NCBI GenBank assembly: GCA_030141605.1
Contig: JAQGDQ010000121.1
Coordinates: 372,001 to 436,000, forward strand
DNA: 64,000 bases
Reading direction: 5' to 3'
From: Tubiluchus corallicola
Taxonomy: Eukaryota; Animalia; Priapulida
Shown one piece after another: positions 1 through 12,387 of this stretch; the stretch's first letter is position 1, and every line of letters begins with the position of its first letter. A model generated the notes under the pieces. It worked only from the letters and a program-made list of their open reading frames with translations. It did not search any database and was not told the origin of the DNA. A program made the position numbers and the translations under genes.

Positions 1-263
1 TCTAAAGTAATACTTCTCAAATTTGGTAGATGCTGAAACGCATCAGAATGCAAAGTTGTCAGAAAGTTCCTGCTCACATCGAGATGCTGAGTCTGCACTG
101 GAATGTCGGACGGAATTTCTGCAAGGTTAATACCCTTGCAGACCACGCTGTTGGCGCTCATACAAAGACAGTTCTCCGGGCAATGTTCTTCTGTCGCAAC
201 TGTTGCCAGAAGAAAGAGAAGTACCGTGACAACAAATATGAAAGGCGAAGATCCCGAAGCCAT
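1..263 (-). CDS. Leucine-rich-repeat protein with signal peptide, N-terminal part (runs off the window edge)
   Basis: ATG at 263-261 gives MASGSSPFIFVVTVLLFLLATVATEEHCPENCLCMSANSVVCKGINLAEIPSDIPVQTQHLDVSRNFLTTLHSDAFQHLPNLRSITL: a hydrophobic signal peptide, an LRRNT cap (CPxxCxC...VxC...IP), then LxLxxNxL repeats. A polypyrimidine/AG acceptor at 280-279 implies an upstream non-coding exon. Not in the ORF track. Confidence 0.85.
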   Translation of the reverse strand, partial: MASGSSPFIFVVTVLLFLLATVATEEHCPENCLCMSANSVVCKGINLAEIPSDIPVQTQHLDVSRNFLTTLHSDAFQHLPNLRSITL

Positions 264-504
264 TTTACATCCAGCAACCTAAGAAAACAAAAAAAAACGC
301 ATAGAACAACTGTAGTTAAACGAACTTTATATACTATCCTTAATTTTTGGCTGAGGATTGACCCAAATTGCTACTCGTCTGGATGTTGTATTTCTTCTTG
401 TTCTTATTGTCGAGAAACGACATTTTACAAAAAGCTGAAGGCACCGCGAACTTGCAATGGATAGTCATAAAAATGCATGCAAATGTACTAGAATGAATTT
501 TGTA

Positions 505-730
505 TCGACGGAGTCGGATTTTCGATCAGCTATTCCACTACTTTGAATTCAAAATGGCGTCATTAACGTCATTTTTCTATACAATATATATTGCGCCATT
601 TCGCAACGGATCATCACAAAGCTTTATAGAAACATACTACGATCAATTCTGCTTTGATCGACTGAGTCGGATTTTCGACTTGCCATCTTAAATTCATCTT
701 GAATCAAAAATGGCGCCATCTTGAATTGGG
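505..730. repeat. Degenerate direct repeats, probable non-autonomous transposon remnant
   Basis: GAGTCGGATTTTCGA occurs near 510 and 664; TTGAAT(T)CAAAA(A)TGGCG occurs near 543 and 699. Confidence 0.4.
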
Positions 731-1930
731 AAAGTACAAATACGGAAAGCTGGCGACTCACTGCGACATTGAAACATACTTGAAAAATCTAATAAACTGC
801 AAAATTTCGTCATTCAAAGACGGTGATCATTCAAATGTGGCAAGCGGGGGAAAAGTAAACAGTTAAAATTTCCTTTTTTATTTGTTTTTATAACTATTTG
901 CATTTTACGGAGTTACAAATACATACTAATAATATCGGTAGCTATTTTCAACCAAGTTTATTAATTAGTTGATGAATTAGAAGCTGCAGTTTAATGTGAC
1001 TCTCCAGTAACTTCGTTAATATTCATCGCTACTGCTGCTGCTAATGACGACGACGATGATGATGAAATGGAACCACAGTGGAAATAACAATGATGAAGAT
1101 GGCGATGATGACCAATGATGAAACAACGACGATAAATTATGGAAGGACGATGATAACTAATACAAGAATTAATAAAAAATGTTTGGCTAAAACGATATCG
1201 GATTTATGTAAATGCTCAAAAAAAATATACTTGTGAAATTTTTGTTAAGCCTGGTCCGGTATCGATCTTGCAACCATCACTTCACAACAGTAATTTAGTA
1301 GACCGCGCAATTAACACATTTTATTAAGTGGTTCGTTCAGGATGGAATTACTGTAACCAGACAGCACGAGTTTAATTATATTAAAGCTGAGCCAGCTAAG
1401 CATCGACGCCTGTGCTCATTATGTATTCTATACGGCAACACGATGTCTACTTGTAGAAACTTAAAAACTCTGACTCATCCATTCAAGGGGTGAATCACTT
1501 TTTGAAGCCTTGCGAAGCCAGTTGTCAAGTAATACATAGCAAGCTCGCCACATGCAGGTTTATCGCATTTGATTCTGTGCACACTTGTTCAAGAGACAGC
1601 TTTGCTCGTCGTTGCCTTTTCTACAGCAAATTTAATGGCCCTAGGATGGTTCACATTGTGTTTACCGACTTATATACAAATTTAGACGAAATATGGGGAT
1701 TCGAAGATACGATAAGTTTAGTTAGAAGACAACTTCGCCCCTGAAGAAATTACGCTTATGCTCAAAAACATAGGCAAACTTTCTTATTAATCAACAACGA
1801 AAAACAAAAATATGGTCGGCGTCACGTGAAAAAAGGCAGTGACCTTCAATGAACTTTTTTGCATTGGTGTCTCTGAAAAATTAACCAAGGAAACTAATGG
1901 AACATTAGACAGAATAAAGAAGCTAGTGAA

Positions 1931-2360
1931 AGAATGAATACGATAAAGAATGAATGAAGGAAAAAATGAAAGAATAAATGAATGAAGGAAGGAATGAGTG
2001 AGTGAATGAATGAATGAATGAATGAATGAATGAATGAATGAATGAATGAATGAATGAATGAATGAATGAATGAATGAATGAATGAATGAATGAATAGACG
2101 AATGAATAGACGAATGAATGAATGAACGAATGAATGGATGAATGAATGAATGGACAAATGAGCGAATAAATGGACAAATTAACGAATGAATGAATGAATG
2201 AATGAATGAATGAACAAACGAAAGAACAAACATGCGAATGAACGAACGAACAGACTAACAAATGAATGAAAGAGCGAACGAATGGACAAGTGAACAAATG
2301 AACGGAGCAGGAACGACTAAACAAATGAACAAACCAACTACCAAGCAAACAAACGAACAA
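1931..2360. repeat. (GAAT)n microsatellite with degenerate GAAC/CAAA flanks
   Basis: Pure GAAT core at about 2004-2095 that decays on both sides; it explains the FIHS-repeat ORFs. Confidence 0.95.
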
Positions 2361-3619
2361 ATGCTCGTAGCTGATGTTAAGAGACTGGTGCAATCCACAG
2401 TATAGGCTACCTATTAAAGCAAAACGGGAACCCAATCTTAAACTACAAGGAAAACAATTTAGTCTTTAAATTATTGAAAGGAAGCATACTATTTTTCAAA
2501 AATGACTAACGTGGAAGAATTATTACCACACAAACACAATTTTACGTTCGCGCTACTAGTTATTCGCCATTCGCTAGTTAGACGGGCACCAGTACCTGTA
2601 TTTCGAAAACGCATTGCACAAAAAACAGGTGCTGTACCTCTCACTTCAGACGTATTAGTTTATGATGTTACACACGTTCAACAGCTCGTGTGTTCTCACA
2701 GTGGTAAATCTGAAAATTGAATTTTTATTTGCCTAATTGAACTAGCCTAGTTTTAGTACAAAACAATGAATATCTTACAGTAGCACTGTACTTCGCAAAC
2801 ACGTCCAAAATGCTCGTGGAATATTTTTGTTGTTGAAAACTATGTTAGTTTGTGTCATCCATAGTTGGGCTCGCTCGCCGTTAATTAAGTTTTAATTTGT
2901 AAATTAATTATCAGAAACGCTTTTGCGGTATTAATTGCGTTAAAATGTACACTTTTATCGGACTTGAAAATAGGGTAGTATATGAAAAATCATACTGTCT
3001 TTCTTTAAGGAAGACGCACACAATAAAGTTTTTCCGTATTTGACTAGAGAAATAGAGAATTTTTCAGAAAATTAGAACCCAGGATGCTTGTTTTCTCAAA
3101 CTTGGCAACATTGCTAGTCTTATTTACTTGCCGTTTTCACTGCCTAAAAAAACGAAATTACGCCGGTTATGCAATTATATTAACTGTTTCACCCAAAGAT
3201 TTATTTTAAAAACAAAAACCAAGTTATTTTTATTAATACAACCTTACCGATTCTTTAATTATTAATTACACCAATTGATTTTTTTTAATTTATCAACATT
3301 ACACCTACGATTTTTAAGTAAAAGCAAAGTGCACTAACCGTCTAATATCGTTTGCAGCTTCCCTTTGTTATACTGCCGACACGGAATGATGAACATAAAT
3401 GAGTCGTCTCTACGCCCTAGCCTACCTTTCACTCTAACGAGCGTCTGTCTGAGTCAGTGGGTCTGGGGAAAACAAGGATCGATTTTACAATAAATGAGAA
3501 CATACAAACTTGTGATGACTCAGTGAGAGCGAATTCCCGACTACAAATGATAGGAATCTCGTCTTTGTTGCAGTTTGCATGCATAAGCTCAGCTCGTCCA
3601 CAATGTCACAATAGCGTAA

Positions 3620-4725
3620 GTTTTTCATTTATCAGGGCTGTCCGTGAGGATGTGAATCGCAGGATAGAATGTAGATTCCCATTGGGATCGGATCACAAAA
3701 GGTCAAAGTTTCCGGCTCTGCATATTTGGGTCTCAAACAATTTTGGACCCTGGATATCTAGGCTTAACATTCAGAACCCAAACAATTTGGACCACAGTAT
3801 TTGATACTTTTTCGTTGACCTCAGGTTAAAAGTCAAGGTCGAGCGTATCTTTCCGTGATCACTGTAAACAAACACTAGGTGGGATGTTTGCGTATTTTTG
3901 ATTATACGTGTACTAATACGCAAAATCTTTTGCGGGGCCTTTGCTAGTCCATGTACTAATTGTACTGGTATGGGCTTAATATATATATATATATAAGATT
4001 CGAGGCTACAGCTCGGACGACGGCACCATTTGCGGCGATCTATACATCAAACGAAAGGTCTCGATCTAGTGTCGTGCCATTGGGGGTTTATTTTTCGAAT
4101 CAGGCCCAACGTGAGAAACGGGGGGGGCAAAAAACCTCCAAAAATGGCCATTTTTCGGCCCTTTTTTTGCAAAACTTATACCGCTGAGATCTGAAGAACG
4201 GGAACGGGCCATGGGTGGTGCTGCCTATGGATAGATAGCCCGTTCAGCGGTGGGTGTAGTAGGCATATTTTGAATTCGCGAAAGGGCCACGGCGTCCCGT
4301 AACGGGCGTTTTCCCGGACGCAACTCGCGATTTTTTCGAAATTTTGACCAAACAGCCTGCAGAAAAAACGTTCTAGCGGCGCCTGGTGGGACTTTCGGAA
4401 GGAGATATATGACTCTTTAGAAAGAGGAAGAACAGGGCTACACGATGGTGTAGGCTATATGTTAGGACAGGTCCACCAAGAGTAGTGACGACGAGTTAAT
4501 TGGATGGTCTATTTTCGGCAAGTTTCGCTTACAAAACTGCTGACGCAAAGCCATTGTTCTGACGTCATCCATTATACTCTGTCTATAACCTTATAGCTTT
4601 AATTCAGTAAAAGCTGCTGCTGCTGGCTTTGTGTTAGGTAAGTAAACACACACTAGGTAGAACGTTCGCGCATTTTTGATTATAAGTGTACTTATACTCA
4701 ATTTTTTTGCGGGGCCTTTGCTAGT
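3620..4725 (+). mobile_element. Tandem non-autonomous Helitron-like elements
   Basis: An about 85-bp block ending GCGGGGCCTTTGCTAG-T occurs twice (3864-3948 and 4642-4725). The second unit starts after a (TA)n run near 3979 and has a GC-richer body. CTAG|T ends are typical of Helitrons. The left boundary is approximate. Confidence 0.5.
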
Positions 4726-5136
4726 AAAATATTATAAATCATAAAAAATCACCATTTACAGTAAATAATGTATTTATTACTGTATTTAATACTATAAAAC
4801 TATAATGGCTGTGTTGCAAAATAAGTTAACAGCTACACAAATTATTATAGAAATAAAAAATGCGCCGAATTATAGAAGTAAACATTTATTCAAAAATCTA
4901 CAACTGATTAAATTTGAATTCGATTTGGATCGGATTTGAAATCTCAAAATTCGCTTTGGTTCGATTTCGAAATAGGGGCTAGTATTAATTTTCTACTAGC
5001 CAGAAAGAATGAATGCATTCCTATTTCACATTCGAATCAAACCAAATTAATTTCGAGATTTCGAATTTGAATAGAATTTAGATTGAAAATTTTTGGAATA
5101 AATTTTCGAATCACCAATAGATAGCTCACTGGTGCA

Positions 5137-5408
<272 letters not shown>

Positions 5409-6385
5409 AAGGTGCTTAATACAATGTGAAATACAGTTATGCAGAGTTACTCTCAGTTACAAATGCGTTAAGATTACTTAACTCGGTGGAATGACCACAA
5501 TGCAACTCTCGTACACTTGGTCAACTCCAATGATATTGTGAGACTATTCGTCGATCCAGTGCCAAGTCTATCTGCTGAGGACGTAGAACTGTTCCACGCT
5601 GGTGTCAAACGATGTCTCCGCTCCCTGTCAGATTCTCTGTGTCGCCTCTCTCTGGCTCCTTACTCTCTCATTGACCGCTGACTGACTAACACCTCGTGTT
5701 CCCAACTCCGAGCTTATATCTTGAAGATCTTGGCCTTGCGTAATTCGCGCCCAAACGCAATCAGGTGAAAGGTGACATCCCTGGGTTAACCCTGGTATCC
5801 CCTGCCAAGAAATTTCCGATCAACCAGGTGACTTAAGAATTCCTCCGCTACGTGGGAAAGGTCCTACACGCCGGCCTTTCTTCAGAACTTCTTCCCTTGA
5901 TGTCTTCGTACAAGCTTGGCGTCGGCCATAAAACTTCTCTTCCAAAGAAATTTGCCTATTGCGTCTTTTTTGTTAATTAAGTGCAACTCTGCATAAGGCT
6001 ATAAAGAACGATTACATACGCTGCATAAGCTATAAAGAACGATTGCGTCCTCACTTAATACACACCTGCTTACCTTCAGCAAACGATAAGAAAACACACC
6101 TGTGGAATAATTTGCATCGCATTAAATCCCGTGCTTTATCAGCTGGGTGAGTTCCTATTATCAATCAATAAATTTATCTTATCAAATCAGGGAGGTATCC
6201 GATTTATCAAATGAATCTAATTCAGTTGATAATTCCATTAATTTATCACCAAATTACCGATTCATAAATTTATTCACGACAGTGTACAAACGAGTAGCAG
6301 GACATCGGTGCTACAATGTACTTCGAAATGAAGCGCCGTAGATCAGGGAATGGTCGCAACGGTGCGCAACAGAAGATTTTCAAAA

Positions 6386-9300
6386 ATGGCAGCGGCGGAT
6401 AATTTGAATTTGTTTTGCTCGGTTCTGGTATGTCACTCGTAGATCACGATGTTCATTTCTTAACTACTTACTGTCGCGCGTTGTTACGTCGTAAAATTAA
6501 CGCACTGCAAAGAGCGTTTTTTTCGAGATTTCATTGAACCATGGCCGTTATTATAATTTTTAAACCGCGATTTTTTATCGCACTAAAGGCTCGCCTCAGC
6601 TTTTGCCGGACCACACTGGACCAGTGGAGCCAAAATGCCAAGGTTTCCCAAAGAGAAAGATGGAGATTTATGGGATGGCTTGAGAGGGTGTGCAGATATT
6701 TTTAACACAAAGGTCATTTGGACACAAAGCTATTTCGGCACATAGATTATTTAGACACAAAACATTTTGACACATAGGACATTTGGACACGTAGGACATT
6801 TGGACACAAGGATATTTGGACACATGGGACATTTGGACACAAGGATATTTCGACACAAGTTCAATGGCAATAAAGTTTCTTTAAATGAGTAGTTATAACT
6901 TATAGTTATAGGTTCACATATTAAAGAAAATTTCATCAACATTAGTTTTCCAGTAATTAAGGATTTCTGGTGCTATTATTTCATGCATATTACAGCGAAT
7001 TCTGGCAAAGTGACCATTTTTCATTTTAAGTCATTTAATTTCATTTATTCTGTTAGAATTTTAAATGTTGGAGAAATAACAATGCTCAGTGAAAGAGCAG
7101 GATAACACTTGCAAATGACTTGGTAGGCTTGGGCGCCTCATTGTGGGAATCAAAAATTTGTTACACTGATGGTGCACATGTTGTGTATAATTATATCTTA
7201 AAAATTTACACATGGGCCTCTATCTCGCCCATCTAATCTAAAAGTATTAGGACTTAATAGTATTAGCTTAGTACTAATATGTATTCATCTACTCATCATC
7301 ATAGTCATCAGTGACAACAAAGATGTGATACAAAAGAGAAATATTGGAAAAAGTTTATTGCGACATGATTAACGATCAGGAAAATTAAGAATAAAGTGAA
7401 ATTAATAAAGCTGAAGGATGTTAGAATAGCTTGTCGGTAATTTGTTGAATTTAAGTAGAAAACCTTGCACAGTGATATAGGCTGTTTAGTGTATGGGTGA
7501 TGAAAGTCTTGAGAGTAACAGAGCTATTCATGCACTGAAGAGGAAAAAAACAGTTGATCATAATAATTCACTAATCCAATAATTAATGTCAGTTTTTTAT
7601 AGTGTACTTGTGGTGTGACAATGATGACATGTGCATGTTTTTGTTGTTGCTTGCATTAGTTGTGCTGGGAAGAGTTATGCACTTTTTATTATAAGCCTAA
7701 ACTTGTATCTAGTCAAATATATGCTGCTTATTACAGACCTACTTTTGTGGGTTGCAACTTCATTTCTTTTAGTTTTCATATGTTACTGTTATTAGCTAAT
7801 ACCTTTGTGCCCCGATTTAATTGACTCAGAAATGTGTCTTATAGTGGCCAGTGTTTAACATTTTTATTGTGTTTTATTGTAGATTGTTAGTGTTGAAGGA
7901 GTGGGCGAAAATCTTATAGCAAATCTGTTGCGCCAGCCATCTAAAAGGCATACTTGCACTCTTCAAGTGTATGCGTAATAATATTTATTTAATATTTTTG
8001 TTGTGCTAAAAATCAAACTTCATGAGAAACTGGACTGTTGAATATGAAAATTCAACCTTTGATCACATATGCTTGCGGAGATGGCAGTAATCTGTAATCA
8101 GCTACACCTGTCATGCTTCATTTGAACAGGCTGATGGTTTAAAATTCCTATATTTTAATCAGTTCCTTACCTTAGTCACTTAAATGACTTTCAAGTGGAT
8201 TCTCATATAGACTGGATTGATCTCGTTGCAAACTTTCAGGTGTTACAAGGTATTGCAATGCTGAAATGTCCAACCCCATTCTCACCTCCAAAATGCTCAA
8301 ATGCTTTTACTCACAATAATTCTGTTTGCCTAATTGAGATGGTGCATTACAATAAATATGCTGCACCTTTCCCATCAAAGATCACATTTTAAGCACCCAC
8401 CACCTTACTAGAAGAACAATGCATGCCATTGCCATATTTCTTCTGACGCTTATAAAAGTAGTTCTGAAGAAAAGGTTAAATGAGCCAGATATAGCTTTGC
8501 CTCGAAACTTCACACAGTTTTAGTAGTTGTCATCGTTGTAACTTGAAATCAGCTAAATATTTACATGTGCTTACAACATAACACTGTCCAGTTAGCATTT
8601 TCCTTATTGAATGCATTTCAGGTATCATAGCAGAGGACCAAAATTGAAAAAGGTTGATGCAGAAGATGAAGTAAACATTAATTTTATTATCCACGTTATT
8701 GATCCAACAGTTAAACATAGGTAATATAAAAAACCCAAACCAACTTAGTAGCCTGTACCTAGATGTGTCAGTATCATGTGTGTGGGCACTTGTGGAAGTA
8801 CTACTGGGTCTATGCTTAAAACATTGTGCTCCTAATTCTGCAGAATCATTAATAATTAAAAAGAAATCAAAGCAAACACTTTGTAATGAACGGTTAATAA
8901 ATTTATAAATTAGCAAGTTAATTATACTGTATTGCAGCTATTCAGTGTAGCTGTTGTATGTGCACTGTATCATAGGTAAGCCTACCTACGACTGCTGCTT
9001 ACTAGGCCTTAGGATTGAATTTGTGTTGTTTTTTTTTTAATTTAATAATAACATTTGTCTGAAATGTTTTCAGTGTAGCTCAGTTAGAGTCTCAGCTAGC
9101 TGATATGGATGCAAAGTACAGGCTTGGAAATGCCTGCATTGTGGTAACACAGAGTAAGTTAAACTTGATCATGCTTGACTAGAAAAAAGAAACTGCATGA
9201 CATTCAATATCTTTTTATCGTTGTAGCAATGAGATTTGATTTACTTTTCAAGATTTCAACCCATATAATATCAGTGTAAATTTTGTTTAGGTATTGATGA

Positions 9301-11150
9301 TGTTAGGATATGTAATACAAACTTATTTATGTAAAACTGTATTTATAATAATGTTTTTAATGTCTTTAAGTGATCATTTGAAAATAAGTTCAACATAAAA
9401 TTAAATGCAAAAGTTAAAATTACAATTATCGTTAAAATGGAATGGCAGAGCTATCATTGGTTGTGTATCCAAACTCAAGACACAAGCTATTCTTGTGAAA
9501 AATTCAAATATCAGTTTATTTCTTTTGAGTGTCATGTCCAGACAAGGTGGCTTGGATAGTAATAAGTGCCTAAATGAGTTTCAGGAAAGGAGTAGCCGTG
9601 ATGATAACAGAACACCTTTGTGTCTGCCATGTGGCCATGAATGGATCCCAGGCAGTTAAAGTGTAAAAGTGGAGTTAATGAGCAAAGAACAGTCTTAATG
9701 GATTTAAGGATGCAAATATCTGAAAGTACTTTGAGACACAAGGCAATGACTTATTCCTATTTAAGAGTAGAAGTAATGTTTCTTCCTAGTTGTCTAGCAG
9801 CATTTTTGACTGGAATAGTATACATAATTATAGTGTACTGAAGAAACTAGAAACTCAACAACCACCATTCGTAGTTAAAATTTATCGAATGCTGTTAGGA
9901 TATGTGTCACACCTTCATATTTCTATTTTTAGACAAGAATAGATGCAACTGGGTAACAGGGTCAGAAGAACTGTTATATAAAGTTAGAAACAGCAATCTA
10001 ATTCCAATATTTGTACACCTCGAGGTATGTGCATTACCACTTTTTCGCAATATGGTAAGTTTGTTCATAAATAATGTTCTTACAAAATATTTTGTCCCAA
10101 TAAATTGATATTTCAAAACTATTATTACTTAGAAGAAATTGTTGCCTGGATAGTGCACTTCTTATTGTTTTCCTCTTCCTTTGTTTACCCCCATCTGACT
10201 GTCTCTATTTCTCCATCCCAGTTTCGACTCTTGGGATAATCATTAATGATGATGAAATACACTGTCTTGGCATACATGCATGTTTTGCTACGAATTGAGA
10301 CTTTTTTAATTTCATGTCCATATTTTTATTTTATATAAAAATTGAAATAACATGCTGCAGTCAAACCTCATTATAACGTGCCCCCCCCTAATTAGCAAAA
10401 AAAAATTACATAGACATATATGTATTAACACACCTCATTATAATGCCAAACCCACTGTAAGGTGAACTTTTTTGCAGTCTCAGAGTAGACAGTATAGAGG
10501 TTTGATTGTAGCAGCAGTGTTTCCACTGAGAAAACTCTAGCTATTCACTTTGCCAGTTTGCTGAACTAAACAATCGTATTATTGCATAAAATGCAGTTGA
10601 AATCTTTTCTTTCGACGAAAAACATTGCTAAAATCTATTCTCCAAAATCTATTTTTCAGGAAGTTTGTTAACCTTTATTTATATGAAAAAGATTTTTATG
10701 AGAATAATTTTCTTTGGAACTCCACCTAAACCTGTGGGTAACATATATTGCTGTAGACTGCAGTGCACATAAAGGAAAAATATAAAATCCTCATCACTTG
10801 AATCCTCATCATTGCCAATTTCAAATTTTGTTTGAACTTGGAAGTGCAGAAAATTGTTATTCCAATGCTGGGTCATAATTTGCTATGCCAGATGCAACAG
10901 CCTATGTGTAGTAACAGAGAAATGTTTGCCACACATTTAGTTGTAATGATAAACCAAAGGAATTTACATAGTAGTAATAATCTGTTGTCTCTTATGTTCT
11001 GCAGTTCTGGCAAAGCCGTGCACTAAACTTATTTAATATTTTCAGGAAGAATCTCATAGGAAGCTTTTGCAGCAAAGGTTACGAATCCTTATAGAAACAG
11101 CTGCTGGTATTAAACCTGGTGGTAGCTCACTACTGATGGATTTGAGATAG
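6386..11150 (+). CDS. CENPM: Centromere protein M (CENP-M, CCAN pseudo-GTPase), 6 exons, 167 aa
   Basis: Exons 6386-6427, 7883-7968, 8622-8720, 9074-9153, 9933-10024 and 11046-11150, all GT-AG with consistent phases (504 nt). The protein MAAADNLNLFCSVL|IVSVEGVGENLIANLLRQ...INFIIHVIDPTVKHS..LADMDAKYRLGNACIVVT...LIPIFVHLE|EESHRKLLQQRLRILIETAAGIKPGGSSLLMDLR aligns colinearly by eye with human CENP-M blocks as I recall them (ILLVGTE, IDLIVFVVNL, VDASFFLGKVCFLAT, PLLYCDLE, QRLVRVLQICAGHVPGVS). Confidence 0.8.
6695..6858. repeat. About 15-bp tandem module array (GGACATTTGGACACA-like), one arm of a foldback-type element, in CENP-M intron 1
   Basis: About 10 imperfect copies of ATTTGGACAC at 14-16 bp spacing; no opposing arm seen. 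Confidence 0.65.
10358..10508. mobile_element. Short Tigger/pogo-type MITE in CENP-M intron 5
   Basis: Left end CAGTCAAACCTCATTATAACG, right end TATAGAGGTTTGATTG followed by TA; internal CCTCATTATAA repeat. Same style as 45904-46650. Confidence 0.55.
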
Positions 11151-12387
11151 TGACAATATCTACACAACTGTAGGAACTGTTGGTCTGGGTTTTTCATTAA
11201 TGTAAATATGAAACTTCTTTCTGATTTGCGTTTTCATATGGTATGTTTAAGGATGTCACGTACTGATTAATATTACGATGCTCTAAAGTAGGAATTAATG
11301 GCAAAATTTTGCACTGCTAGAAGTTTACTATTTGACTCCTGATTATTTGTTTGCAATATCAAGTATCTGATCAGGTTAGTGAAAAAAAAAATCAAGATAA
11401 TACAGTGACAGTTGTGAAATTAATGTGTTGTGATAGTAGGAAACTGTTCAGTGTAATTCTAGTGTTTGTAAATCTTTTTTGTGTGTAAGGAAAATTCATT
11501 CTTGCTAAAAATGATAGCAAAACTCCTTTTGGACAAAAATCAGAATTCACTGTTGCAATCTTTGTCCCATAAAACCAATCACATCTGGCTAATAATATCA
11601 TTAATTAAATGCTGTGAAAAACTCTTAATGGTAAATGGGTAAATAATTAGAAATCATAAAACTCATCACGAATGGAAATACATACATGTTGTTTGTATAA
11701 TTTTGTGTGCATACTGTAATAAATTCTGCAAGATACCCTGCATGTAGCAAGTTTATTCATTAATTTTAAAAATTTTATTTTACTATGCACAACAATAACA
11801 TGATATAAGTTACCGAAACTTTTCTGTAAAAAAAGTAATAGTAGCTTATAAGTCAAAATAAAAGTAAAACTTAGAGATTTGTTAATTATTTTGACCACCG
11901 CTGTCCCAGAGCTAACATGGTTAAAGTTGTTAGTTAGAAGTTAAAGATGCAAGCTGTCAACTAATACAAGAGTTTGATAACCACGTACTTGGCTCTGACC
12001 ATTTTGTAAATTGCTTGACAATGAATAATTTTGTAACTACATAACAACTCTAAATTTTTGCACAGCTATACTCTTGGTAATTCAAAACTGCAAGTTGTCA
12101 CACCTTGAAGGTAATGTAGAGAAAATGATTTAGTACAATAAATGCATATGACAAAAAAATTGTGAGAAAACTGAAAAAATTAAAACAACCTTATGAAAGC
12201 TCAAAATATTTGTGCTTACATTATTAAGTATATTCTAATACTATACCAACTACAATAACCCACACAGTTGACAATATTCTCATAAAAAACCTGTTTTTGA
12301 CATCAATAGTGACTACAGATCTTTTACTACATTCAGAAAGCACCTGTTTTGTTGTAAAATACTGTGGAAGTTAACCAGTTCTAAACA

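Noticed and set aside
30-464. 144-aa plus-strand ORF
   Set aside because: It is the antisense shadow of the minus-strand LRR exon, which has a clear signal peptide and LRR motifs.
1787-2435. Three overlapping FIHS-repeat ORFs
   Set aside because: They are translations of the (GAAT)n microsatellite.
3445-3540. AP-1-like (TGAGTCA/TGACTCA) and kappaB-like sites upstream of the LRR exon
   Set aside because: Short motifs with too little clustering to distinguish from chance.
6668-6942. Cys-rich repeat ORFs and a CRISPR-like periodic array
   Set aside because: Contiguous about 15-bp tandem modules without unique spacers, in a eukaryotic intron, with no cas genes.
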